Under the pieces are notes generated by a model, which saw only the letters and a list, made by a program, of their open reading frames with translations, ran no database searches and was not told where the DNA came from. From Escherichia phage SP27, in sequence record LC494302.1: a stretch of DNA of 64,000 nt. One strand, 5' to 3'. Both the position numbers and the translations under genes were made by a program. This document shows, one piece after another, positions 17,678 through 25,969 of this stretch (its first letter is position 1; the number at the start of each line of letters is the position of its first letter).

Positions 17678-19003
17678 ATGACTACTCAAAACGATATCCT
17701 GAACGTTAAACTGACTCCAAAGAAAGCTAAAGAAGCAATGGCACTAGCTGACATGATTCAAGATAGCCTGATGATTTGGGGTAGCCCAGGTATCGGTAAG
17801 TCTGCAATCGCTCGTCAATACGCTGATGAAAATTACCCACTGCGTAAAGATAACGTAGCTAAAATCGAGTTCATGAAACAACAAATCGAAGCTGACCCTG
17901 AAAATGCTGATCAGCTACGCCGTGAACTGGCTGCATTTGAAGCAAAACTAATCGACCAAGATACTAACTTTATCGATTTCCGTTTGTCTCAAATCGAACC
18001 AAGTGACCTTCGCGGTATTCCAGTACCAGAGAAGCTTTTCCGTAAAACTGACGGTTCTCTTCTGAAAGAATCTGAGCTTGCCGAAGCAAAAGATTATGTA
18101 GCTGAAACTGCGGTAGTATGGGCTGCACCTAAAGTTCTGAAATTGTCCGAAGATTGGAAAGGTGTTATTCTGTTTGACGAAATTAACTCTGCAATGCCTA
18201 TTGTTCAGGCAGCGTCTTATCAGCTAATCCTCGACCGTTGTGTTGGTGAGATGAAGCTACCTAAGACTGCACTGATTCTTGCAGCAGGTAACCGTGAAAC
18301 TGATGGCGGTGTAACTTTCTCTCTTGCTACACCACTGCGTGACCGTATGACTCACATTGAGATGATTCCTTATCATCAAGATTGGATTAACGATTATGCG
18401 ATTGCAAAACGTTTGAACCCAGCAACTGTTGCGTTCATCAACAACACTGGTTCTAAGTACTTTAACACACTTAGTCCACAAGATCCTTCTCACAGTGGTG
18501 GTACTTCTCCACGTTCATGGGAAGCAGTAGCACGCTACGAAGATCTCAAGAAAACTAAGACAATTGATAAAGAAGTGTTCCGTGCAATGATTGCTGGTCG
18601 TGTTGGTGAAGGTGTTGCAACTGAATACATTGAGTACGTTGAGAACGTTGCTAAACTACCAGATACTATGTCTATTCTGTCTGGTGAAATCAAAGAAATC
18701 GACGCAACGCTGGATATTTCTGCGAACTACTTTATCACTCTGAACTTGGTTTATAAAATTATCGACCTGTTCAATGAGAAGCAAGAACAACGTCTACCAG
18801 TGGAAGAATGGGGTAAACTGTGTAACAACTTCATCACCTTCCTAGACCATAACTTCTCTGCAACTCAAGCAGAACTGGCAGTACTGGCAATTCGTACCAT
18901 CACGCTTCATAAGGTTGCGATTTCCATTAAAGATGTACCAGCGTTTAAAGATTTCATCGCTAAGTACTCTGAACTTGTACGTAAAGCACGCTCTCTTGGC
19001 TAA
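17678..19003 (+). CDS. MoxR-like AAA+ ATPase (CobS-like)
   Basis: Walker A GSPGIGKS, Walker B VILFDEINSA, MoxR-type FRLSQIEPSDLRG segment; CTG/CGT-rich codon usage unlike neighbouring genes. Confidence 0.8.
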   Translation: MTTQNDILNVKLTPKKAKEAMALADMIQDSLMIWGSPGIGKSAIARQYADENYPLRKDNVAKIEFMKQQIEADPENADQLRRELAAFEAKLIDQDTNFIDFRLSQIEPSDLRGIPVPEKLFRKTDGSLLKESELAEAKDYVAETAVVWAAPKVLKLSEDWKGVILFDEINSAMPIVQAASYQLILDRCVGEMKLPKTALILAAGNRETDGGVTFSLATPLRDRMTHIEMIPYHQDWINDYAIAKRLNPATVAFINNTGSKYFNTLSPQDPSHSGGTSPRSWEAVARYEDLKKTKTIDKEVFRAMIAGRVGEGVATEYIEYVENVAKLPDTMSILSGEIKEIDATLDISANYFITLNLVYKIIDLFNEKQEQRLPVEEWGKLCNNFITFLDHNFSATQAELAVLAIRTITLHKVAISIKDVPAFKDFIAKYSELVRKARSLG

Positions 19004-19025
19004 TTAACAAAGAGTTGTTGACAAG

Positions 19026-19056
19026 AAGGATGCCTAATGGTATCCTTCTTTTATCT
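19026..19056 (+). terminator. Rho-independent terminator
   Basis: GAAGGATGCC-TAAT-GGTATCCTTC then TTTTAT. Confidence 0.5.
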
Positions 19057-19077
19057 TAACTAAACGAGGAAATATAC

Positions 19078-20502
19078 ATGTCAGATAACAAATCTACTTC
19101 CAGATTCAATGAAGTATCTCCGGCACTCCAGAAAGAATGTCAAGATCGTCTGGTTCTGGCTCGTACATCTTTGATGTTAACTGCACCATTCTTTGGTGTA
19201 CTCGCTTCACGTTTACGTCCAGTTCCTAATAATACATGGTGTCGTACTCTAGCAGTTGATGGTAAACATCTATTCTACAACGTAGAATTTGTAATGGGTA
19301 TTCAAGACCCATCTAAAAAGAAAGAATATGAAGAAGCTATTCGTGAAAAGCATCCTGAAGTTACAGACGAACAATTAAAAGAAATGACTGAAGGTTTGAC
19401 TGATGAAAACCTTATTGCTGTAATTTGTCATGAAATTCTACACTGTGCTTACGATCACTTCCTTCGTCGTGGTATGCGTGATCCACAACGTTATAACCGT
19501 GCAGCGGATTATGCCATTAACCAAATCATCGTTCGTGAGAAAATTGGAAAAATCCAAAGTTCATGGTTGTATGATAAAAAATATGAAGGTATGACCGCAG
19601 AAGAGATTTACATTCTTCTTGAAGAAGAAGAACAAAAAGAAGATGGTGAAGGTGAAGGTCAACCACAAAGTGGCGGCGGTGAAGGTGAAGGTAAAAATCG
19701 CGGTACTTTTGGTGATATTAAAGATGGTAAGGGTAAACCAAAAGGTACTACCATTGACCAGCATGACGTTCCACAAGAAGGTCAAGAAGGTGGTTCAAGT
19801 GAACAGCAAAAACGTGATTATATGGATGATTTCAAAACAGCAATGATGAATGCTGCACGTGCAGGTGGTACACCAGCAGAAATCGCTCGTATGATTAACA
19901 ACTTTAAAGAACCAAAGATTGACTGGCGTTCAAAACTTCAACGTACACTTCGTAGTTGGTTGAAGTCTGATGCAACGTATCAAAGTCCTTCTCGTCGTTC
20001 ATGGGGTGCTGGTTTTGGTTCTAATGGTTCATTCTATGGTAATCCAATTTACCCAGGGATGAAACCAGATGATGATATTGATATTGCGATTGCACTAGAT
20101 GCTTCTGGGTCTATTTCTGAAGATATGCTTCGTGATTTCATTAGTGAAGTTCTTGGCATCACTAAACAATTCAAACAGTTTAAGATTCGTATCATGACTT
20201 TTGATACTGAAGTTTATACTGTAAAGGATTACAAAACTGGCGAAGAACGTAAGATTCTGGAATATCCAGTAAAAGGTGGTGGTGGTACTGACTTTGAAGC
20301 AGTATGGGTTCATATGAAGAACGACAACTACAAGCCTAAACAGCTTGTAATGTTTACTGATGGTGAACCGTGGCAGTCATGGGGTGATCCAAACTACTGT
20401 AAAACACTGTTCGTGATTCACAGTAACCCAAATAAAGTTGCACCATTTGGTGAGACTGTACACTACGAATATGAAGCTGATAAAAAGCGTCAACGTAGTT
20501 AA
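19078..20502 (+). CDS. vWA-domain protein with an N-terminal HExxH metallopeptidase-like motif (DUF2201/CobT-like partner of the MoxR ATPase)
   Basis: HEILH in ICHEILHCAYDH; vWA MIDAS motif DIAIALDASGSIS; Gly/Glu-rich linker. Confidence 0.75.
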   Translation: MSDNKSTSRFNEVSPALQKECQDRLVLARTSLMLTAPFFGVLASRLRPVPNNTWCRTLAVDGKHLFYNVEFVMGIQDPSKKKEYEEAIREKHPEVTDEQLKEMTEGLTDENLIAVICHEILHCAYDHFLRRGMRDPQRYNRAADYAINQIIVREKIGKIQSSWLYDKKYEGMTAEEIYILLEEEEQKEDGEGEGQPQSGGGEGEGKNRGTFGDIKDGKGKPKGTTIDQHDVPQEGQEGGSSEQQKRDYMDDFKTAMMNAARAGGTPAEIARMINNFKEPKIDWRSKLQRTLRSWLKSDATYQSPSRRSWGAGFGSNGSFYGNPIYPGMKPDDDIDIAIALDASGSISEDMLRDFISEVLGITKQFKQFKIRIMTFDTEVYTVKDYKTGEERKILEYPVKGGGGTDFEAVWVHMKNDNYKPKQLVMFTDGEPWQSWGDPNYCKTLFVIHSNPNKVAPFGETVHYEYEADKKRQRS

Positions 20503-20512
20503 GTACTAAATA

Positions 20513-20545
20513 AAGAGAACGGAATTTTCCGTTCTCTTCTTTTAT
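20513..20545 (+). terminator. Rho-independent terminator
   Basis: AGAGAACGG-AATTTT-CCGTTCTCT then TCTTTTAT. Confidence 0.6.
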
Positions 20546-20547
20546 AA

Positions 20548-20577
20548 GTGGGACAACTTATAAAAATATGATATAAT
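20548..20577 (+). promoter_or_regulatory. Sigma70-like promoter (GTGGGACA-16-TATAAT), second copy of the motif at 1440
   Basis: AAGTGGGACAACTTATAAAAATATGATATAAT. Confidence 0.4.
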
Positions 20578-20611
20578 AGTTAATGTACCAATATACATGG
20601 AGAGTATTAAA

Positions 20612-20857
20612 ATGGAACAAGAAAATAATCAAATTCAACTAACCCTTCTAGACCTAATCAATGCTGCAAAAATCATGGAAGCTGCTGTTGCACGAAACAC
20701 CTTTAAAGTTGAAGAACTTGTTGAGGTTGCTCCAGTTGTATCTAAATTTGTTTCTTTTGCAAATGTAGCTCTTGAAGATATTAAAGCACAAGAAGATGCA
20801 GCTAAAGAAGAAGCTGAATCACAAGATAGTGAAACTCAAGAAGATAAAGGAGAATAA
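20612..20857 (+). CDS. Small acidic early protein (81 aa)
   Basis: ATG 20612 has GGAGAG 8 nt upstream (the track's 20597 ATG lies within the RBS); acidic C-terminus. Confidence 0.5.
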   Translation: MEQENNQIQLTLLDLINAAKIMEAAVARNTFKVEELVEVAPVVSKFVSFANVALEDIKAQEDAAKEEAESQDSETQEDKGE

Positions 20858-20859
20858 TT

Positions 20860-21516
20860 ATGGCAGCTATTCGTCATGTTGGTGTAATGCGTAATACAGG
20901 TTCTCGTGTTTTTGTTGTTTGGCGTTCACTACCAGATGATCCTGAACACTGCCTTATCGTTTATCGTGATTCACTACCAGAAGCATATGTTCACGCAGTA
21001 ACTGATATTGTTATGGGTCATGGTCAATCTAATATTGATTTGTGGGAAGTAATGCATAAAATTGGTTATCTCGATGGACGCAAAATGCTAGATGTTCTAC
21101 ACAACATGCAGCATCTACGTCGCGTTCGTACTTGTGACATTGATATGCACACTGGTGGTAATAATAAAATTTCTCTTGATGTTCTAAACAAAGCATTAGA
21201 TGAAAATCAAGCGAAAGTACAAGAAGATGGTAAAGTAAAAGACTTTAACCCATTCAATCCACAAGAAGCGGACACTAAAGTAGAAGAAGCTACTATTGTA
21301 GAACAACTTCTCACTGATGCACAAAAATATGAAAAACTGGCTAAAGAACATTATGAACGTGCATACAATTTAGAGCCAAGCTTGCGTCCGCAAACACAAG
21401 TTGTTGAACAACCGAAAGATAGTAAAACAATTTATCTAGAAATTCCAGAAGGTATTTCACAGACTAAAGCTATTGAGAAAGTAAAACAACTATTTGCAGA
21501 ACGTAAAGCAAAATAA
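20860..21516 (+). CDS. Hypothetical protein (218 aa)
   Basis: ATG after AAGGAGAA. Confidence 0.55.
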   Translation: MAAIRHVGVMRNTGSRVFVVWRSLPDDPEHCLIVYRDSLPEAYVHAVTDIVMGHGQSNIDLWEVMHKIGYLDGRKMLDVLHNMQHLRRVRTCDIDMHTGGNNKISLDVLNKALDENQAKVQEDGKVKDFNPFNPQEADTKVEEATIVEQLLTDAQKYEKLAKEHYERAYNLEPSLRPQTQVVEQPKDSKTIYLEIPEGISQTKAIEKVKQLFAERKAK

Positions 21517-21519
21517 AAT

Positions 21520-22113
21520 ATGAAAAAGAATGAATTAGATGAAGCAATTAAAGGTTTATCTAATGTATGTTTTAGTGGCGGGGCAGCAGGTGCTGACCGC
21601 CTTTTTTCTATCTATGCAAAAAATAATGGATTTGAAGTTATTAATTTTTCATTCAAAGGTCATGAGCATAGTGTAGATGAAAGTACTATATTAGAAATAC
21701 CATCCAATATTCTATCTGATATTTCTATATTAAATCAACTAAACATTGCATGTTACTCGTTGCAGCGAAAAGTACCAAAACCTGGTTCTTATGTTTACAA
21801 CTTACTTGCAAGGAATAGTTATCAGATACTTAATACAGAAAGAATATATTGTATTGCAAATATCACATCACCAACTAAGGTAAGTGGTGGTACTGCATGG
21901 GCAGTACAGATGTATATGGATTCAGTTGAAAATCCTGAAATTTATTGTTATGATATGAATTCACGTTCAGTATTTTATTTCGATACAGTACTGAAAGAGT
22001 TCACACAAACATTCGTCGTTCCAGCACCACATGGTAACTGGACTGGTATTGGTTCACGCAATGCCACCGAAAAACATATGGAACATTTTATTACATTTTT
22101 CAAGGAAGAATAA
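21520..22113 (+). CDS. Rossmann-like protein with an SLOG/DprA/LOG-type glycine motif
   Basis: FSGGAAGADRL and GGTAWAVQM resemble SLOG-superfamily nucleotide-binding loops; stop overlaps the thyA start. Confidence 0.4.
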   Translation: MKKNELDEAIKGLSNVCFSGGAAGADRLFSIYAKNNGFEVINFSFKGHEHSVDESTILEIPSNILSDISILNQLNIACYSLQRKVPKPGSYVYNLLARNSYQILNTERIYCIANITSPTKVSGGTAWAVQMYMDSVENPEIYCYDMNSRSVFYFDTVLKEFTQTFVVPAPHGNWTGIGSRNATEKHMEHFITFFKEE

Positions 22114-23042
22114 TGAAACAACTACAAGAACTATATCAAAAAATTCTAGATGAAGGCGTAGAAAGCGTTGACCGTACTGGTGTTGGAACAATCAAACTTA
22201 TCGGTCAACAAATGCGTTTTGACCTTAAAGATGGTTTCCCAGCAGTGACGACAAAACGTCTAGCTTGGAAAGCAATGACTTCAGAATTACTATGGTTTAT
22301 TGAAGGTTCCCATGATGAGCGTCGCCTTTGTGAAATTTTGCATGGAACTCGTGATACAGAAAAGAAAACTATTTGGACAGATAATTACCTAAATCAAGGC
22401 GTTGCTCTTGGTTATACTGATGGTGAGTTAGGTCCAGTGTATGGTAAGCAATGGCGTGAATGGGAAGATTATAAATTTAGTTCCAGTACTGAAGAAATTC
22501 AAGAATTAAAAGATAAAGGATACAAAGTTATCGATTATACTGGTTCACATGGTGTTGTTATGAAACGTACAACTGACCAATTACAAGAACTAATCAAAGG
22601 TATAAAGTCCGATCCATATGGCCGTCGCCACATTCTAAGTGCATGGAACGTTGGTGAGCTTGATGATATGACGTTACCACCTTGTCATAGCTTTGTGCAA
22701 TTTTGTGTAGTGCAAGGAAAACTAAGCTGTATTCTGCATCAACGCTCCGCTGATCTATTTTTAGGAGTTCCATTTAATATCAGTAGTTACTCACTACTAA
22801 CTCATATGATTGCACAAATTACTGGTTTAGATGTTGGTGAATTTATTTGGAATGGTGGTGATTGTCACATTTATAAAAACCACGTTGAACAAGTAAAAGA
22901 GCAACTACAGCGAAAACCTCGTGAATTACCTGAATTGTGGCTTGATCCTACAATTACTAATATTGAAGATTTCACTATGGATTCTTTTAAATTAGTGAAT
23001 TACAACCCAATGCCAACAATTAAAGCACCTATGGCTGTATAA
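22113..23042 (+). CDS. thyA: Thymidylate synthase (ThyA / T4 td-like), uninterrupted
   Basis: DRTGVGT, catalytic PPCH, QRSADLFLGVPFNISSYSLL, C-terminal IKAPMAV; collinear with E. coli ThyA plus one insertion. Confidence 0.9.
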   Translation: MKQLQELYQKILDEGVESVDRTGVGTIKLIGQQMRFDLKDGFPAVTTKRLAWKAMTSELLWFIEGSHDERRLCEILHGTRDTEKKTIWTDNYLNQGVALGYTDGELGPVYGKQWREWEDYKFSSSTEEIQELKDKGYKVIDYTGSHGVVMKRTTDQLQELIKGIKSDPYGRRHILSAWNVGELDDMTLPPCHSFVQFCVVQGKLSCILHQRSADLFLGVPFNISSYSLLTHMIAQITGLDVGEFIWNGGDCHIYKNHVEQVKEQLQRKPRELPELWLDPTITNIEDFTMDSFKLVNYNPMPTIKAPMAV

Positions 23043-23047
23043 ACGAA

Positions 23048-23078
23048 AAGGGAGAACATCAGTTCTCCCTTTTTTATT
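23048..23078. terminator. Bidirectional rho-independent terminator between convergent thyA and the fiber gene
   Basis: GGGAGAAC-ATCA-GTTCTCCC flanked by A-rich upstream and T6 downstream. Confidence 0.65.
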
Positions 23079-25041
23079 ATCTAATTGTTACCAATGTTCT
23101 TCCGTCGAAACGTACATCAGGAGTTGAAGGTATACTAAACACTACGTTAGTGCCGTTAAACGTAACGCTATCGACCTCAACACGAGTATAGACACCAGGA
23201 CTAACCTGTTCCTGTATCTCTGCTGTGACGATGTTTGAGGCTGTTACAGTAAGGGTGTAGTAGTTACCACTTAATACCCAAGATGAAATTGTAAAAGCAT
23301 CGGTTCTCACTGAACCTGAACCAATTGGAACCCATTGACCTTGAACTTTTTGCATTGAAGTACGCTCGGTATTGGAGTATGCAATCATACCATCAACGCC
23401 AACAGAGTTATCAATAGTAGCTAGTACTGGTAATTGGATACCATATCTATTAAAACGTGTTCTTATAGTTCCATTATCATAGATACTTACATCAGCATAA
23501 TTACCCATTGATAGTTTTAAATCAGAACTAACTAATTGGATTGTACTTTGATTAGTAGTACTTTCTAATGTAATTATACCATTAGCTAATAGATTTATAT
23601 TTTTAAATTTATTAGTTGTTCCATTGAAATTAGTGTTTGCTGTAAACGTACTAACTCCATTAACTGTAATTGTATCAGATGCAGCATCGCCTAATGTAGT
23701 ATTACCTTGAATGTTCAAATTACCACTAGCAGTGATATTACTAGCTGATGTATCACCAGTCAATGTACTTGTACCATCAACCACAATATTACCATGAAAC
23801 GCACTTTCACCATTTTTAAATTCAACTTGTACTTTATTCATTGAACTAAATGAAATAATATTACTACTAGCACTTAGTCCAACATTAGTATTGGTTGCAT
23901 TATCAAATCTTAGTACTGGGGTTGATGCTGGGGTTGAAGTTGTTTGGTATAATGTTAATGTTGAATTATTAATTCTAATACGTTCAGTTCCAGCAGTACT
24001 GAAACCAATTGCATCATCTGCTGGATGAAACATACCAGTATTAGCGTCTGACCATTTTGCAGGATCATTACCTGGGTTATTGGTTGGATCAAATGGATTG
24101 TTATTAAATGTCAATGCTGGTGCTGCTGCACTACCATAGACCACACCAAAACGCCCTGAGCCGCTTGTTCCATCATTATACATGGAATCACCAGTTCTAC
24201 GTAAACATTCAATCACAACGTTATCTATGGATGTTTGTACGGTTCCTGCGTTTGTTCTAAATTGACGATGGTTTGCAATCATTACTGTATTGTCATATAA
24301 TACAGAAGCAGCAGAAATGCTTGTTCTTGACTGGCGTAGACGTATGTTTTTATCTTCAGTTATAATGATCCAATCACCATCTGATAGTGCGGTTTGGTTC
24401 ATTGGAACGCCTGAAGCAAATGGTTTGGTTAAGTCAGCATCTGTTGCTAAATTTTTAAGACCATCATGACCAGTACTAGGAATAGATGCAGTAATAATTC
24501 TTGCAAAAGCGTATGTTACAAGTTTAGCACCAGATATATTTGGATTGGAGTCAACATAATATAAAATTTCAATCCAATTACCTTGACCAGTTGGGTTCGT
24601 AGGTGTAAATGTAACCGGACTTGTTTGTGGGTTATTTGCTTCAAAGTGTGCTTGTGCTGCATCCATAATACCACGAACAACATAATAATCACCATTTAGT
24701 GATGCTGCTGGTGCTGGTAGTGGTGTTTGTGCTAAAGGTGGATCAATATCATCTGGGATAGGATTGTATGTACCAACAAACTGTAAACCACTAGTTACTG
24801 AATCTGGTAATTGGGAAGTAAGAAGTTTACCATTTGCATCTAAGTTTGCAAAGCGGCGATATGCCATAGTACCATCTTCAAAATCCAGAACACCTTCAAA
24901 TGATTTCCATTCCTTATTGTATCTAATCATCCCTGATCTTATTACATCAGCGGTTTCTTTTGATGGTGCTTTCGGTAACTCTAAAAAAGATTTACTATCA
25001 ATAATTACACCACCATCACCTCTAATTCGATTTATACTCAT
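23077..25041 (-). CDS. Tail fiber protein (654 aa)
   Basis: N-terminal SGMIRYNKEWKSFEGVLDFEDGT fiber-type motif; G/S/T/N-rich C-terminal part; RBS GAGGAAA. Confidence 0.6.
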   Translation of the reverse strand: MSINRIRGDGGVIIDSKSFLELPKAPSKETADVIRSGMIRYNKEWKSFEGVLDFEDGTMAYRRFANLDANGKLLTSQLPDSVTSGLQFVGTYNPIPDDIDPPLAQTPLPAPAASLNGDYYVVRGIMDAAQAHFEANNPQTSPVTFTPTNPTGQGNWIEILYYVDSNPNISGAKLVTYAFARIITASIPSTGHDGLKNLATDADLTKPFASGVPMNQTALSDGDWIIITEDKNIRLRQSRTSISAASVLYDNTVMIANHRQFRTNAGTVQTSIDNVVIECLRRTGDSMYNDGTSGSGRFGVVYGSAAAPALTFNNNPFDPTNNPGNDPAKWSDANTGMFHPADDAIGFSTAGTERIRINNSTLTLYQTTSTPASTPVLRFDNATNTNVGLSASSNIISFSSMNKVQVEFKNGESAFHGNIVVDGTSTLTGDTSASNITASGNLNIQGNTTLGDAASDTITVNGVSTFTANTNFNGTTNKFKNINLLANGIITLESTTNQSTIQLVSSDLKLSMGNYADVSIYDNGTIRTRFNRYGIQLPVLATIDNSVGVDGMIAYSNTERTSMQKVQGQWVPIGSGSVRTDAFTISSWVLSGNYYTLTVTASNIVTAEIQEQVSPGVYTRVEVDSVTFNGTNVVFSIPSTPDVRFDGRTLVTIR

Positions 25042-25085
25042 TTAAATATTTCCTCAGAATAGATTTATATGATGTATTTATTTTA

Positions 25086-25122
25086 GTTAAAAGAAAAGGC
25101 CAAGCATAGGCTTGACCTTAAA
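25086..25122 (-). terminator. Rho-independent terminator (minus strand)
   Basis: AAGGCCAAGC-ATAG-GCTTGACCTT hairpin with an A-run on the plus strand upstream. Confidence 0.5.
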
Positions 25123-25125
25123 AAA

Positions 25126-25905
25126 TTAACGTATACGTTCAGGAATATCAACACCTTCATATACCCAAGTTGCAGCTTGTTGTGCCTTATAAATTGCATC
25201 AGGATCTAAATCATCAACTGCATCAATTGCTGCACACTGATTGTCACATTCTGTAAACAATTGCTCAATCATAGCAAAGGCTCCAGTGTATAGTTGTGTC
25301 ATTTCAGTAGCAGATAATTTTACAATTGCGTCATCAAGAAAAATAGAAACACTTTCAGAACCTGAAGTGACTTGTGTATAGTAATTAAGAAGCATTTGAC
25401 GACCAGACATATCAGTACTGTAACGATGACCATTGAACATATAACCAGAATTCATACGATTTGTACGTTCTGATATAGTTCTTGCTTTTAAATCAACTTT
25501 AACATCTGCTATTGGCATATCAATATAATGATATGTTTTAAGAACAGTTAGTGCTTTATATTCTTCGGTAGCGTCTTCTAAAAATTCAACAATAGGTTGA
25601 TTTTCATCTTTTAATTTAATAAACTCCAACGGTTGTTCAATAGCATTAACATTTCCAACATTTTTATACACTAACCACCAAAAACCTTCTTCTTTTCTAA
25701 CAGCATCATTAGGTTCTACTGGGGAACCATCTTTACTTGAAATACCATAAAGAGTTCTAATATCACTATAAAGATAACGATAGGTTTGTGGATCTTCTGG
25801 TGTTGCACCAGGACGTTCTTTAAGTCCTTTTACACCAATTGGATTGGAAATAATGTTTCCCAATTCATAATTTTCTTTTGAATTTCCTTTCACATATGTG
25901 AACAT
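25126..25905 (-). CDS. Hypothetical protein in the fiber cluster (possible fiber accessory protein)
   Basis: 259 aa; RBS GTGAGGTAG. Confidence 0.5.
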   Translation of the reverse strand: MFTYVKGNSKENYELGNIISNPIGVKGLKERPGATPEDPQTYRYLYSDIRTLYGISSKDGSPVEPNDAVRKEEGFWWLVYKNVGNVNAIEQPLEFIKLKDENQPIVEFLEDATEEYKALTVLKTYHYIDMPIADVKVDLKARTISERTNRMNSGYMFNGHRYSTDMSGRQMLLNYYTQVTSGSESVSIFLDDAIVKLSATEMTQLYTGAFAMIEQLFTECDNQCAAIDAVDDLDPDAIYKAQQAATWVYEGVDIPERIR

Positions 25906-25969
25906 ATAACTACCTCACTTGTTATGATGGTGTCACCCAAAATGAGTGACACCTTTATTATTATAATTA

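Noticed and set aside
22113-23042. Group I intron or homing endonuclease in thymidylate synthase, as in T4 td
   Set aside because: The ThyA frame is continuous and collinear with bacterial ThyA through the active-site region.
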